From NCBI GenBank assembly GCA_963826115.1, contig CAWGVS010000012.1, positions 32,001-96,000 of the forward strand: a stretch of DNA of 64,000 nucleotides, written 5' to 3'. Below, in pieces: positions 45,259-55,733 of the stretch. The stretch's first letter is position 1. Each line of letters opens with the position of its first letter. Source of the stretch: an uncultured Candidatus Rokubacteria bacterium. Lineage in GTDB: Bacteria; Methylomirabilota; Methylomirabilia; Rokubacteriales; DASRDR01. The notes under the pieces were generated by a model. It was not told where the DNA came from, did not search any database, and saw only the letters and a program-made list of their open reading frames with translations. The translations under genes were made by a program, and so were the position numbers.

Positions 45259-45939
45259 TCACCGCGCGGGAGCGAGCCAGTCGGCCAGCTCGCGGAGCGT
45301 CGGGAACTCCCGGTCCACGCGGGCGCCGTCGTCCGGGGTGTCCCCGTTGCGGTTGATCCACGCCTGCGGGATGCCCTGGGCGCGAGCCGGCACCATGTCG
45401 TGGAAGTAACCCTGGCCCACGTGGAGCCAGCGCCGCGCGCCGATGGCCCGGCGCGCGGCTTCGAAGTGCGGGCGCGCGGGCTTGTACGCGCGCACCTGCT
45501 GCGCGGTGACGAGGAGCTCGAAGGCCACGGTGAGATGCCGCCGGGTCCCGGCCAGGAGGTCATCGTCGACGTTCGACAGGATGCCGAGGGCGTAGCCCGC
45601 GCCGTGGAGGCGCTCGAGCGCCGCGTTGGTGTCGGCGAACGGCACCCAGTCCGGGAGGCTCTCCGCCAGGAACGACGCGCGCGCGGGATCGAGGCGCCAG
45701 CCGAGGCGCGCCGCGACGCCCTGCGCGGACTCCGCCAGCACCTCCCGATACGGCCGGTACCCGCCGGCCTCGACTTCCCGCTCCGCGGCCATGTACGCGC
45801 GGATGATCGCCGCCCGCTCGAGGCGGAGGCCGTCGGCCCACGCCGCCCGCATGATCGCGGTGGCGAGCCCGCCCTCCCAGTCGACGAGGGTGCCGTAGCA
45901 GTCGAACGTCAGGACGTCGTACGGCCGGGCGGTCGTCAT
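45259..45939 (-). CDS. HAD-superfamily hydrolase (haloacid dehalogenase type II-like)
   Basis: FDCYGTLVDW, LSNVD, YKP, HD. Confidence 0.88.
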   Translation of the reverse strand: MTTARPYDVLTFDCYGTLVDWEGGLATAIMRAAWADGLRLERAAIIRAYMAAEREVEAGGYRPYREVLAESAQGVAARLGWRLDPARASFLAESLPDWVPFADTNAALERLHGAGYALGILSNVDDDLLAGTRRHLTVAFELLVTAQQVRAYKPARPHFEAARRAIGARRWLHVGQGYFHDMVPARAQGIPQAWINRNGDTPDDGARVDREFPTLRELADWLAPAR

Positions 45940-45940
45940 G

Positions 45941-46714
45941 CTACGGGAGCCAGTCGCGGAGCGGCCGGACGCGGATGCCCGCCTTGTCGAGGGCCGCGCG
46001 GACCGCGCGGACGATGCGCTCGGCGCCCGGCGTGTCGCCGTGGCAGCAGATCGTCTGCACGGAGAGGTCGATATCGACGCCGTCGATCGTCCGCACCTTG
46101 CCCTCGGCCGCCATCCGGACGGCCTGCGCGGCAGCCTTCTCGGGGTCGGTGATGAGCGCGCCCGCCTTCCGCCGCGAGACCAGCGTCCCGTCCACCTCGT
46201 AGGCGCGGTCGGCGAATCCCTCGGAGGCGACCCGGATGCCCATCTTCCGGCAGTGCGCGTCGTACTTGCCCGAGGCGAGCGTCATGAGGATGAGGCCGCC
46301 GCCGGAGTCCCGGGCGGCCTGCCCGATCGCCTCGGCGATCCCTTCCTGCTGCTCGGCCATCGTGTAGAGGATGCCGTGGGGCTTCACGTGCTGGAGGTCG
46401 GTCCCCGCGGCCCGCGCGAACTCGCGGACGGCACCCGTCTGGTAGCAGACGTAGTCGCGCAGCTCCGCGGGGGTCACGTCCATGACCCGGCGCCCGAAGC
46501 CCATCAGGTCCGGCAGCGACGGGTGCGCCCCGAGCGCGACGCCGTGCTGGAGCGCGAGCGCCACGGTCTTCCGGATGACGTGCGGGTCCCCGCCGTGGAA
46601 GCCGCACGCGATGTTGGCCGACGTGATGTGCGGCATGATGGCCTCGTCGGCCCCGAGGGTCCAGCGCCCGTACGACTCGCCCATGTCGCAGTTGAGGTCG
46701 ATCGTGTGAGCCAT
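45941..46714 (-). CDS. pxpA: 5-oxoprolinase subunit A (LamB/YcsF)
   Basis: DLNCDMGES, ACGFHGGDP, HVKPHG, EGFADR, HGD. Confidence 0.93.
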   Translation of the reverse strand: MAHTIDLNCDMGESYGRWTLGADEAIMPHITSANIACGFHGGDPHVIRKTVALALQHGVALGAHPSLPDLMGFGRRVMDVTPAELRDYVCYQTGAVREFARAAGTDLQHVKPHGILYTMAEQQEGIAEAIGQAARDSGGGLILMTLASGKYDAHCRKMGIRVASEGFADRAYEVDGTLVSRRKAGALITDPEKAAAQAVRMAAEGKVRTIDGVDIDLSVQTICCHGDTPGAERIVRAVRAALDKAGIRVRPLRDWLP

Positions 46715-46768
46715 CGCTCCACTCCTTTCGGCGCCGCGGATCGGCGCCGCGCCGCCGCCGTCAGTCCC

Positions 46769-47707
46769 TCATCCCTCGATCGCGCGCGCGAGCCAGGCTG
46801 CCTCCGCCGCCCGCGCGGCGTGGGCCTCGGCGAGAGCCACCCGCCGGAACCGGATCCGGTGGCCCGGCCGGGTCTGGCCGATCGCCCCGATGTCCACGCC
46901 GATGACGGTGGCGATCTTGGTGTAGCCGCCGGTCGTCTGGCGGTCGACGAGGAGCACGATCGGCTGCCGCTCGCCGGGCACCTGGATCCCGCCGAGCGGG
47001 ATGCCGTCCGAGACGATGTCGTGGCCGCGCACGTGCGGAATCTCCGGTCCACTCAGACGATACCCCATCCGGTCCGCCTGGGGCGTGACGTCGTAGAGCC
47101 CCTCGAGGAAGGCACGGATGCCCTCGGCCGTGAAGCGGTCGTCCTGCGGACCGAGGATGACGCGGCACTCTCGCTCGGCGGGGTACGGCGGGCGGCGGGT
47201 CTCCGGAACCGTCCGGCCCTCACGCACCGCGCCGGCCGCCGCGCCGACGGGCAGCGCGTCCCCCTTCTGGAGCGCGCGGCCGCCGATCCCGCCGAGACGG
47301 CCGCGGAGATACGTCGCGCGAGACCCAAGCGCCGGCGGGACGTCGATGCCGCCGGCGACGGCCAGGTAGGCGCGGCATCCCGCGCTCGCCATCTGGAAGC
47401 CGCAGACGTCGCCGGGACGGACCGGCACCGCGGTCCAGGGCGGCGCCGCCTGGCCGTTCACGGTGAAGCCCATCGGCGCGCCGGTCACCGCGACCGTGGC
47501 CGCCTGTCGCACCTCGAGCCGGGGACCCTTGATGGTGCACTCGAGCGCCGCGGCGCCGTCCGGGTTGCCCACGAGGCGGTTTGCGACCAAGAACGCGACC
47601 CGATCCATCGGCCCCGACGGCGGCACGCCGACGCGCTGGTGGCCAAAGCGTCCGAGGTCCTGCACCGTCGTGAGGAGCCCGGGGTCGGCGACGAACAGCG
47701 CGCTCAC
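46769..47707 (-). CDS. pxpC: 5-oxoprolinase subunit C (KipA/AHS2)
   Basis: TTVQDLGR, ANRLVGN, DRMGYRL, QTTGGY. Confidence 0.92.
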   Translation of the reverse strand: MSALFVADPGLLTTVQDLGRFGHQRVGVPPSGPMDRVAFLVANRLVGNPDGAAALECTIKGPRLEVRQAATVAVTGAPMGFTVNGQAAPPWTAVPVRPGDVCGFQMASAGCRAYLAVAGGIDVPPALGSRATYLRGRLGGIGGRALQKGDALPVGAAAGAVREGRTVPETRRPPYPAERECRVILGPQDDRFTAEGIRAFLEGLYDVTPQADRMGYRLSGPEIPHVRGHDIVSDGIPLGGIQVPGERQPIVLLVDRQTTGGYTKIATVIGVDIGAIGQTRPGHRIRFRRVALAEAHAARAAEAAWLARAIEG

Positions 47708-47714
47708 CGGCGCC

Positions 47715-48449
47715 TCACGCCTCCGCCTCGATGCGCGGGCGGTAGGTCCCGGCCGCCACCTCGGCGGCGATCCGGTCGAACTCGGCGCCATCGATGGGGC
47801 GGAAGCGGACGTGGTCCCCCGCGCGGAGGAGGATCGGCTCGGTCGCGGCCGGATCGTAGAGGCGGAGCGGCGTCCGCCCGAGAAGCCAGAAGCCGCCCGG
47901 GCTCTCGACGGAATAGATGGAGGTCTGCGTTCCGCCGATGGCGACGCTCCCGGCGGGCGTCTTCGTGCGGGGCCGGTCGAGCCGCGGGATCGTCAGCCGC
48001 GCCGGCTGCCCCGCCATGTACGGCAGGCCCGGGGTGAAGCCGACGAAGTAGACGTAGTGCTCCGCGCCCGCGTGGAGGCGCACGACCTCCTCCGGAGTGA
48101 GCTCGAGGCGCCGCGCGACCTCCTCGAGGTCGGGACCGTGGGCGCCCCCGTACGCGCACGGGAGCTCGACCCGACGGCCCGGCGGGGGCGTCGCGTTCGC
48201 GAGGCGCGCCGACAGGTCGAGGAGCGAGGCCTCGAGCGTCGCCCACGGCAAGACCAGCGGGTCGTAGTAGACGAGCAGCGACCGGAACGTCGGCACCGTG
48301 TCGACCAGGCCAGGCAGCCGGGCGTCAAGGAGGAGCCGCTCGAGCGTCAGCGCACGCGCGTTGGCCTCCCGCGAGATGTCGTCGGCGAGCTCCACCGACA
48401 CGGCCGCGTCCCCGGCGGACAGCAGACGCGGCGCGGCGTAGAGACCCAT
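47715..48449 (-). CDS. pxpB: 5-oxoprolinase subunit B (KipI/AHS1)
   Basis: GPDL, GFTPG, GSVAIGG, SPGGFWLLGRT. Confidence 0.92.
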   Translation of the reverse strand: MGLYAAPRLLSAGDAAVSVELADDISREANARALTLERLLLDARLPGLVDTVPTFRSLLVYYDPLVLPWATLEASLLDLSARLANATPPPGRRVELPCAYGGAHGPDLEEVARRLELTPEEVVRLHAGAEHYVYFVGFTPGLPYMAGQPARLTIPRLDRPRTKTPAGSVAIGGTQTSIYSVESPGGFWLLGRTPLRLYDPAATEPILLRAGDHVRFRPIDGAEFDRIAAEVAAGTYRPRIEAEA

Positions 48450-48475
48450 CGGCCGAGGGGGCGGCGGGGTGGCGG

Positions 48476-49261
48476 CTAGAGCGCCGCGAGCGCGTGGTCG
48501 GGGAGATCCGAGATGAACATGTGCCCCGGCGCGTGCGTGATGACGAGGGGCGGCTTGGCCTCGAGCGCCACCGCCTGGGGGGTCACACCGCAGGCCCAGA
48601 ACACCGGCTCCTCGCCGGCCAGGAGCGTGGGCGGCTCGCCCCAGTCGGGCTTCATGACGTCGGCGATCCCGATGCGTGCCGGATCGCCCACGTGGACCGG
48701 CGCGCCGTGCGCCATCGGATACCGCGCCGTGACCGTGACCGCGCGCGGCACGAGGGGCGACGGGATCGGGCGCATCGAGACCACCATCGGTCCCCGGAAG
48801 ATCCCGGCCGGCCGGCAGGCAAGGCTCGTCCGGAACATGGGCACGATCCGGTGCTCCTCGATGTGCCGCACCGGCACGCCGGACTGGAGGAGGGCCGACT
48901 CGAACGTGAAGGAGCAGCCGAGGAGGAAGGCGACGAAGTCGTCGCGCCACTCGCTCGTGATGTCGGTCACCTCGGCGGCGAGGCGCCCGTCACGGTAGAT
49001 CCGGTACTTCGGGATGTCGGTCCGGAGGTCCGCACCGGCCGCGACACCCGCCGGCTCCGGATTCCCGGGGTCCGTCACCTCGATGAGGGGACACGGCCGG
49101 GGATTCCGCTGGCAGAAGACGAGGAAGTCGTAGGCCTGCGCCCGGGGCAGGATCACGAGGTTCGCCTGGACGTAGCCGGGCGCGAGTCCGGCGGTGCCGC
49201 CCGTGTAGCGTCCCTGACGGATGGCCTGCCGAATCTCCTTCGGAGTCTTCCCGAGCTCCAT
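48476..49261 (-). CDS. D-glutamate cyclase family (YcsI/DUF1445)
   Basis: QANL, NPRPCP, GCSFTFE, VFWACGVTPQ, THAPGHM. Confidence 0.9.
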   Translation of the reverse strand: MELGKTPKEIRQAIRQGRYTGGTAGLAPGYVQANLVILPRAQAYDFLVFCQRNPRPCPLIEVTDPGNPEPAGVAAGADLRTDIPKYRIYRDGRLAAEVTDITSEWRDDFVAFLLGCSFTFESALLQSGVPVRHIEEHRIVPMFRTSLACRPAGIFRGPMVVSMRPIPSPLVPRAVTVTARYPMAHGAPVHVGDPARIGIADVMKPDWGEPPTLLAGEEPVFWACGVTPQAVALEAKPPLVITHAPGHMFISDLPDHALAAL

Positions 49262-49398
49262 CGCGTGGCCTCCTCCGCGCCCTGCGGCGGTCGATGTGCC
49301 GGCCATTATGGCGCACCCCTCCCGGGCCGGCAACGGCGCCCGGGAACGCCGACGGCACGCGGCGTTGGCGAACGCGACACTCCAGAATGCCGGTCTCC

Positions 49399-49428
49399 TT
49401 GACAGGCCCCGCGGACGGGGGGTACGGT
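49399..49428 (+). promoter_or_regulatory. sigma70 promoter, probably leaderless
   Basis: TTGACA-N18-TACGGT, 6 nt before ATG 49435. Confidence 0.55.
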
Positions 49429-49434
49429 CAAGAC

Positions 49435-49791
49435 ATGCGAGGGCTGTGGCTCGCGGTGGCCGTGGTGGTGACCACCCTGGGGGTGGCCGGGTCCCTGTAC
49501 GCGGGGAGCGATCCCACGACGACCCAGGGGACCCTGCCCGCGCCGGCGACGGGCACCCAGCCCGAAGCGCCGCTGGTCCTCTCGATCCGCGCGCTGTCGG
49601 TGGGCAAGCCGACCTTCACCGACACCGGTGATCTCGAGCGCGTCCGCGCCTCGACCGGCGCCGGGACGAGCACGTGGCCGCCCGCCTCGACCCAGGTCGG
49701 CCGCGGGGTCTACATCAGCGTGATGCCAGGCTGCATTCCGGGAGTGGACGAGCCCTACCTGCCCGGGCGGGGCACGGGCCGTCGCCGCTAG
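49435..49791 (+). CDS. Small secreted hypothetical protein
   Basis: Signal peptide MRGLWLAVAVVV..SLYA; promoter immediately upstream. Confidence 0.65.
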   Translation: MRGLWLAVAVVVTTLGVAGSLYAGSDPTTTQGTLPAPATGTQPEAPLVLSIRALSVGKPTFTDTGDLERVRASTGAGTSTWPPASTQVGRGVYISVMPGCIPGVDEPYLPGRGTGRRR

Positions 49792-49831
49792 CGCCCCGGG
49801 CGCCCCGTACCGTCCTCCCTCCGCTCGCCCC

Positions 49832-50350
49832 GTGTCCTCCCCGTCGCTTCACCTTCGCATCGCGACGCCGCGCGACGCCGCGGCGATCTGCGGCATCTAC
49901 AACCAGGGAATCCAGGACCGCGTGGCCACGCTCGAGACTGAGGAGCGGACGCCCGAGGAGCGCGCCCAGTGGCTCGAGGCGCACGGTCCCCGCCATCCCG
50001 TGCTCGTCGCCGAGAGCGACGGGCACGTCGTCGGCTGGGCGAGCCTCAACGTCTTCAACGCGCGCCGCGCATACGACCACGTGGCGGATCTCTCGCTCTA
50101 CGTCGATCGGGACTGGCGCGGGCACGGCGTGGGGCGCCAACTCCTCGAGGCGCTGGTGGCCCGGGCCCGGGAGCTCGGGTATCACAAGCTCGTCCTCGCG
50201 GCCTTCCCGTGGAACGCGGCGGGCATGCGCGCGTACGGTCGCGCGGGATTCCGCGAGGTCGGGACCTACCGCGAGCAGGGACGCCTGGACGGGCGCTGGG
50301 TCGACACGATCGTCATGGAGAAGATTCTCGAGGGGCCGAACGCGCACTGA
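49832..50350 (+). CDS. GNAT N-acetyltransferase (phosphinothricin/ArsN-like)
   Basis: IYNQGI..ATLE, RGHGVG, GFREVG, GRWVD. Confidence 0.88.
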   Translation: MSSPSLHLRIATPRDAAAICGIYNQGIQDRVATLETEERTPEERAQWLEAHGPRHPVLVAESDGHVVGWASLNVFNARRAYDHVADLSLYVDRDWRGHGVGRQLLEALVARARELGYHKLVLAAFPWNAAGMRAYGRAGFREVGTYREQGRLDGRWVDTIVMEKILEGPNAH

Positions 50351-50358
50351 CGCGACGC

Positions 50359-50385
50359 GGCCCGGCGGCGGAAGGCCGCCGGGCC
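50359..50385. terminator. Hairpin between convergent genes
   Basis: GGCCCGGCGGC-N5-GCCGCCGGGCC. Confidence 0.5.
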
Positions 50386-50404
50386 CTCGAGCCCCGCGCG
50401 CGGA

Positions 50405-51676
50405 TCAGAACGCGGAGAGGTAGCCGGTCGCGTCGAACGTGAGCGCCGCCGGGTCGCCGACCTGCGTCAGGTCGTCCCGCTTCGCAACCTCCGCGAGCAG
50501 GTTCTCCGAGACGTCCACCTCGGTGATCTGGAGCGTGTTCTTGATCCGGACGACCCGCGCGTCCTCCACGCGATCGAGCCCGAGGCACGAGAGCGCGACC
50601 GCGATCGCCTCCCGGGCCGAGTCGAGCGTCGCGGGCATCTTGCAGCCCGCGGGCGAGCACGCGGTGAGCCCGTTCACGTACGTCGCCTCCCAGTCGATCT
50701 TGTCGGCCAGGCGGCGGGTGATGAAGTCGGCGCTCCCGAGCCCGATGGCGTTGCCGTAGGTGTTGGCCGTGAGGTCCGAGACCACGATGAACGTCACCTT
50801 CGGGCTCGTGTACGGCGGCTCGAAGAAGGTGCCGTGGCGCCCGATGATGTTCGAGTCCATCCCCGACCCCGAGATGTTCTTGCCCATCTCGTCGACGATC
50901 AGGAGATCGATCTGCTCGAAGGGCAGCCGCGCCATCCAGCTCTTGGCCCGGCGCAGGAGCTCGCGCTCGCCCGCCTCCACGTCCGGCGGCAGGAAGGCCT
51001 GGACCACCGCGGTCTCGTCGTAGCCGTTCTCGACGACGCCGAGCCCGAACGCGATCCGGGCCTTCCGGAGCACCTCGCGCCCGAACGCCACCACCATCGG
51101 CTCGTAGCGGTGACGGACGGCGGCCCGGTGCGCCTGGACGGCGCCCCGGTGCTTCCCGACGCCGATCGTCATCATCTTGAAGAGGCCGGACTCGATCTCG
51201 CCGACGAAGTCGGTGTGCGGCTTCACGCGGTTGATGATGCCGATCCAGTCGGCCTCCGACGCGTACCGGTCGAGCCACACCGGCAGGCCGAGCGCCTCGC
51301 CCAGCTGGACCACGTCCATCGTGGCCCGCACCGGGCACCCCATCGTGGCCTCGGTGATGCCGTAATGCTCGAGCACCGAGCGCTGCCCCTCGGCGGTGCC
51401 GCCGCCGTGGCTGCCCATCGCGGGGAAGATGAACGGCTTCGCGCCGAGGGCCTTCACGTGCTCCACGGCCGCCTTCGCGATCACGTCGATGTTGACGATG
51501 CCGCGGCTGCCGACGGCCAAGGCCACGCTCTGCCCGGGTCTGATCGGCAGCGCGAGGCGTCCGAGCGTCTGGCGGACCGCGGCCGGGATGTCCTGGAGCA
51601 TGGGCCCAGCGAACTGCTGCTTGACCCGGGCCAAGTGGGGGAACGTGGACGCCCGCGGGATGCCGGTCAACTTCAT
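50405..51676 (-). CDS. Lactate racemase (LarA) N-terminal domain family protein
   Basis: GSRGI, PAMGSHGG, NRVKPHTDF, ESGL.KM..IG.GKH, GKNISGSGMD. Confidence 0.8.
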   Translation of the reverse strand: MKLTGIPRASTFPHLARVKQQFAGPMLQDIPAAVRQTLGRLALPIRPGQSVALAVGSRGIVNIDVIAKAAVEHVKALGAKPFIFPAMGSHGGGTAEGQRSVLEHYGITEATMGCPVRATMDVVQLGEALGLPVWLDRYASEADWIGIINRVKPHTDFVGEIESGLFKMMTIGVGKHRGAVQAHRAAVRHRYEPMVVAFGREVLRKARIAFGLGVVENGYDETAVVQAFLPPDVEAGERELLRRAKSWMARLPFEQIDLLIVDEMGKNISGSGMDSNIIGRHGTFFEPPYTSPKVTFIVVSDLTANTYGNAIGLGSADFITRRLADKIDWEATYVNGLTACSPAGCKMPATLDSAREAIAVALSCLGLDRVEDARVVRIKNTLQITEVDVSENLLAEVAKRDDLTQVGDPAALTFDATGYLSAF

Positions 51677-51707
51677 CGTGGTCCTCCTGGGACGAGGGGC
51701 TTCTTCA

Positions 51708-51919
51708 CTAGGATTTCCCGAGCTCGTGGGTGACGATCGTGTCCCCGACCTTGGTCTTGCCCTGCCACTGCCAGATCCACTCGGTGGCCGACTCCCGGAA
51801 GATCATCCTGCCCTCCGACGTCGGGGTCTCGTCGAGGGCCTCCCGTCGACGATCTTGATCGGTCCGATCTGCGGGACCCCGGACATGCCGGGGGCGGCGA
51901 TGGGCGTCCGTCGCGTCAT
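51708..51919 (-). CDS. Small hypothetical protein with apparent 1-nt deletion near 51843
   Basis: MTRRTPIAAPG..IKIVDG joins EALDETP..WIWQWQGK..ELGKS if one G is added. Confidence 0.4.
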
Positions 51920-52193
51920 CCCGACCGTCCTCTGGCCGCCCCCCGGCCCACCATCGCTCGGCCTCCGGCGGGCTCGCCCCGGCGCGCGCCGGCCGAGCCT
52001 GCCTCCCGATCCGCCCGAACGTCACGGCCGATCAGGGCCCGGGATTGCACGCCCGGGAACGCCTCCGGCCACCGTCCTCCGCCGATATACCCTACCCGCC
52101 GAACCCTCGCAAGGCCCGCAAATGCGGGAGCTTGGGCCTTGACTTGATCCAACGAGGGCCCCTAGGATAGCGTACTCACCGCACGGGAGGCGC

Positions 52194-52985
52194 GTGCTCA
52201 TCCCCAGGCGATCGAACGATTCGAGGCGGCGGCCGCTCCGGCGAGGACCACTGGTCCTCGGGAGCGCCGTGCTTTTGCTCTCGAGCTGTAGCTTCCTCGG
52301 TGGCCGGCCGAACACGGTCGCGCCCGCCGCCAAGCTCTACGAGGACGGCGAGCGCCTTCTCTATCAGGAGAAGTACCCGGCTTCCCGGGAGCAGTTCTCC
52401 TGGCTGGTCGAGCGGCATCCCGAGTCGGATCTCGCGCCCGTGGCGCGCTTCCTCATCGGCGAGACCTACTTCCGGAGCAAGGACTACGAGAAGGCGGCGC
52501 CGGAGTTCGAGGCGTTCGTCACGCTCTACCCGAGCAACCAGATCGCGGACCTCGGCCAGTACCGGCTCGCGCGCTCCTACTTCGACCAGATGCCGACGGT
52601 CGAGCGGGACCAGAAACTCACCGCGCAAGCGCTCACCGAGTTCCAGAAACTGATCCGGCTCTACCCTGAGAGCCGCTACGCCCCCGACGCGATCGTCAAG
52701 ATCGAGGCCTGCCGGCTCCGGCTGGCCCAGAAGGAGCTCTGGATCGCGTCGTTCTACATGCGCCAGGGAAAGTATGAGTCGGCGCTGCCGCGGTTCGACG
52801 CGGTGCTCAAGGACTACGGCCGCACGCAGGCGGCGCCCGAGGCCCTGTACCAGAAGGCGGACGCCCTGACCCGTCTCGGCCGCAACGACGAGGCCGCGAC
52901 CGCGCTGAAGCGCCTGGTGGACGAGTTCCCCGCGAGCGAGTGGTCGCGGCGGGTGCGCGAGCGGCAAGCCGCCCGCGGCGCCTAG
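52194..52985 (+). CDS. bamD: Outer membrane protein assembly factor BamD
   Basis: LSSC lipobox, TPRs, YPS, ERDQ, LAQKEL..A.FY. Confidence 0.92.
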   Translation: MLIPRRSNDSRRRPLRRGPLVLGSAVLLLSSCSFLGGRPNTVAPAAKLYEDGERLLYQEKYPASREQFSWLVERHPESDLAPVARFLIGETYFRSKDYEKAAPEFEAFVTLYPSNQIADLGQYRLARSYFDQMPTVERDQKLTAQALTEFQKLIRLYPESRYAPDAIVKIEACRLRLAQKELWIASFYMRQGKYESALPRFDAVLKDYGRTQAAPEALYQKADALTRLGRNDEAATALKRLVDEFPASEWSRRVRERQAARGA

Positions 52986-53046
52986 GCCGCGCGTGCGCGA
53001 CGCCCCGACCCGACACGTCACGGCAGGCTGCTGACAAGGAGCTCTC

Positions 53047-54021
53047 ATGGCCGAGCGGTTGCTCGAGATCAAGGGCCTGAAGACGCACTTCTTCACCGAA
53101 GAGGGCGTCGTCCGCGCGGTGGACGGGATCGACCTGCACATCGACAAGGGCGAGACGCTCGGCATCGTGGGCGAGTCCGGCTGCGGGAAGACGGTCACCG
53201 CCCTGTCGGTGATGAAGCTCATCGCCATGCCACCCGGGAAGATCGTCGAGGGCCAGATGCTCTACGGTGGCCGCGACCTGGTCACGCTGCCCCCGGCCCA
53301 GATGCGAAAGGTCCGCGGCAAAGAGATCTCGATGGTGTTCCAGGAGCCGATGACCTCGTTGAACCCCGTGTTCACGATCGGCGAGCAGATCGCCGAGGCG
53401 GTCCGGCTCCACGAGGGGCTGGGGCGGCGCGCGGCCATGGACAAGACCGTCGACATGCTCAGGCTCGTGCACATCCCGAACCCCGAGCGGCGGATCAAGG
53501 AGTATCCGCACCAGCTGTCGGGCGGCATGCGCCAGCGCGTCATGATCGCGATGGCGCTCTCGTGCAACCCGAAGCTCCTGATCGCCGACGAGCCGACCAC
53601 GGCCCTCGACGTCACCATCCAGGCCCAGATCCTCGAGCTCCTCAACGAGCTCAAGGCCAAGCTCGGCATGGCCGTCATGCTGATCACCCACGACATGGGC
53701 GTGATCGCGGAAACGGCCCAGCGGGTGATGGTCATGTACGCCGGGAAGGTGGTGGAGGAGGCGGCGGTCAAGGACCTCTTCAAGGAGCCGCTCCATCCGT
53801 ACACCCAGGGGCTGCTCCGATCGATCCCGCGCATCGACACCGCCGCGATCCAGAAGAAGCGGCTGGAGGCGATTCCCGGGGTCGTCCCGAGCCTCCTCCA
53901 TCTCCCGCCGGGGTGCCGGTTCGCTCCGCGGTGCCAGTTCGTGAAGCCGATGTACACGGAGAAGGAGCCCGTGCTCAAGGAAGTCAAACCGGGCCACAAG
54001 GTGGCGTGCTGGCTGTACTAG
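53047..54021 (+). CDS. Peptide ABC ATP-binding protein (OppD/DppD-like)
   Basis: [24 protein letters not shown]. Confidence 0.93.
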   Translation: MAERLLEIKGLKTHFFTEEGVVRAVDGIDLHIDKGETLGIVGESGCGKTVTALSVMKLIAMPPGKIVEGQMLYGGRDLVTLPPAQMRKVRGKEISMVFQEPMTSLNPVFTIGEQIAEAVRLHEGLGRRAAMDKTVDMLRLVHIPNPERRIKEYPHQLSGGMRQRVMIAMALSCNPKLLIADEPTTALDVTIQAQILELLNELKAKLGMAVMLITHDMGVIAETAQRVMVMYAGKVVEEAAVKDLFKEPLHPYTQGLLRSIPRIDTAAIQKKRLEAIPGVVPSLLHLPPGCRFAPRCQFVKPMYTEKEPVLKEVKPGHKVACWLY

Positions 54022-54036
54022 CGGGGGAGACGACGA

Positions 54037-55014
54037 ATGGCCGAGCCGCTGCTCAGCGTCCGGAACCTGGTCAAGTACTTCCCGATCAAGGGCGGCCTCT
54101 TCTCGCGGGAGGTCGCGCGCGTCCACGCGGTCGACGGGGTCTCGTTCGACATCAACGCCGGCGAGACTCTCGGGCTGGTGGGTGAGTCCGGCTGCGGGAA
54201 GTCGACCACCGGCCGGTGCATCCTCCGTCTGATCGAGCCGACCTCGGGCGAGGTCTGGTTCGAGGGGAAGAACGTCACCACGATGGACAAGCGGTCGCTC
54301 CGGGCGCTCCGGCGCGACCTCCAGATCATCTTCCAGGACCCCTACGCGTCGCTGAACCCCCGGATGACCGTCGGGTCCATCGTGGGCGAGGCGCTCATCA
54401 TCCACAAGCTCGCCAAGACGCGGCGGGAGCGCGAGGAGAAGGTCGCGCACCTCCTGGAGACGGTCGGGCTCCACGCCGACCACATGCGCCGGTATCCCCA
54501 CGAGTTCTCGGGCGGCCAGCGGCAGCGGATCGGGATCGCCCGGGCGCTCGCGGTCAGCCCGAAGCTCATCGTCTGCGACGAGCCGGTCTCGGCGCTGGAC
54601 GTCTCGATCCAGGCGCAGGTCATCAACCTCCTCGAGGATCTTCAGAAGCAGTTCAACCTGACGTATCTCTTCATCGCCCACGACCTCTCCGTGGTGGAGC
54701 ACATCAGCACCCGGGTCGCGGTGATGTACCTCGGGAAGATCGTCGAGGTCGCGTCGGCGAAGGACCTCTACTCGAACCCGCGCCACCCGTACACGGAGGC
54801 GCTGCTCTCGGCCGTGCCGATCCCCGACCCCGAGGTCAAGCGCCAGCGGATCCTGCTCGAGGGTGACGTCCCGAGCCCGATCCGGCCGCCGGCCGGCTGT
54901 CACTTCCACACGCGCTGCCGGATCCGCCAGGTGCCGGGCCTCTGTCAGGACCAGGAGCCTCGGCTCAAGCAGGGCGCTTCGGGTCACCAGGTGTCCTGCC
55001 ACTTCCGGGACTAG
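54037..55014 (+). CDS. Peptide ABC ATP-binding protein (OppF/DppF-like)
   Basis: [24 protein letters not shown]. Confidence 0.93.
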   Translation: MAEPLLSVRNLVKYFPIKGGLFSREVARVHAVDGVSFDINAGETLGLVGESGCGKSTTGRCILRLIEPTSGEVWFEGKNVTTMDKRSLRALRRDLQIIFQDPYASLNPRMTVGSIVGEALIIHKLAKTRREREEKVAHLLETVGLHADHMRRYPHEFSGGQRQRIGIARALAVSPKLIVCDEPVSALDVSIQAQVINLLEDLQKQFNLTYLFIAHDLSVVEHISTRVAVMYLGKIVEVASAKDLYSNPRHPYTEALLSAVPIPDPEVKRQRILLEGDVPSPIRPPAGCHFHTRCRIRQVPGLCQDQEPRLKQGASGHQVSCHFRD

Positions 55015-55733
55015 CCCCGGCCCCCTCCGCCCGGCGCCGCGTCCCGGCCGAGGGCCGGCGCCGCGGTTTCCGGCCCGCCACGACGCCGGACGCGGGGCAC
55101 GAGCGCCCCGGTCCGCGCAACGTAGTCCGCGTAGCCTGACAGCCCCGTCAGGAGCACCCGCTCTTCCTGGACGATCCGCCGCCGGTACGCGAGGCCAAGG
55201 ACCAGCGTCCCGAGGGCGGCGGCGACCCAGGCGCGCAGGAGGAGCGCGCTCCCCGCGAAAGCGAGGAGCGCGCCGACGTAGCTCGGGTGGCGGATCACGC
55301 GATACGGCCCCTCCTCGACCACGCGCTGCGCGGGCGCGACGCCGACCTCGAGCGTGAACCAGCGGCCGAGCGTGACGATGGCCCAGGTGCGAAGCGCGAG
55401 GCCGGCGACCATGGCCAGGAGCCCCGTCGCCCCGACCGCGTCGAGGGGGAGCGCCGCGGGCCGGCGCAGGACGAGCTCGACCAGGGCCGCGGCCTGGGTC
55501 GCGTAGACGGCGAGCAGGATGGGAAGGAACGTCCCGCCGTCCACGGACGCCCGCGCGGTGGCGTGGAGCCGGTAGGACGGCTGGAGCACGTTCGCCAGGA
55601 CGCCGAAGGCGACGACGGCCCAGAGCGCGGGCCGCCCGAGCGCCTCCGGCCACCACCACAGGATGGGACCCCCGACGGCGCCCCACAAGAGGAAGGCCTG
55701 TCCGACCCGCCACGCGATCGCCTTCGCCGTCAT
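55011..55733 (-). CDS. Isoprenylcysteine carboxyl methyltransferase (ICMT)-family membrane methyltransferase
   Basis: [29 protein letters not shown]. Confidence 0.85.
   Translation of the reverse strand: MTAKAIAWRVGQAFLLWGAVGGPILWWWPEALGRPALWAVVAFGVLANVLQPSYRLHATARASVDGGTFLPILLAVYATQAAALVELVLRRPAALPLDAVGATGLLAMVAGLALRTWAIVTLGRWFTLEVGVAPAQRVVEEGPYRVIRHPSYVGALLAFAGSALLLRAWVAAALGTLVLGLAYRRRIVQEERVLLTGLSGYADYVARTGALVPRVRRRGGPETAAPALGRDAAPGGGGRG

Noticed and set aside
53047-55014. Orphan oppD/oppF pair beside bamD
   Set aside because: Shared ATPase pairs apart from their permeases are common; no evidence of a link to BamD.
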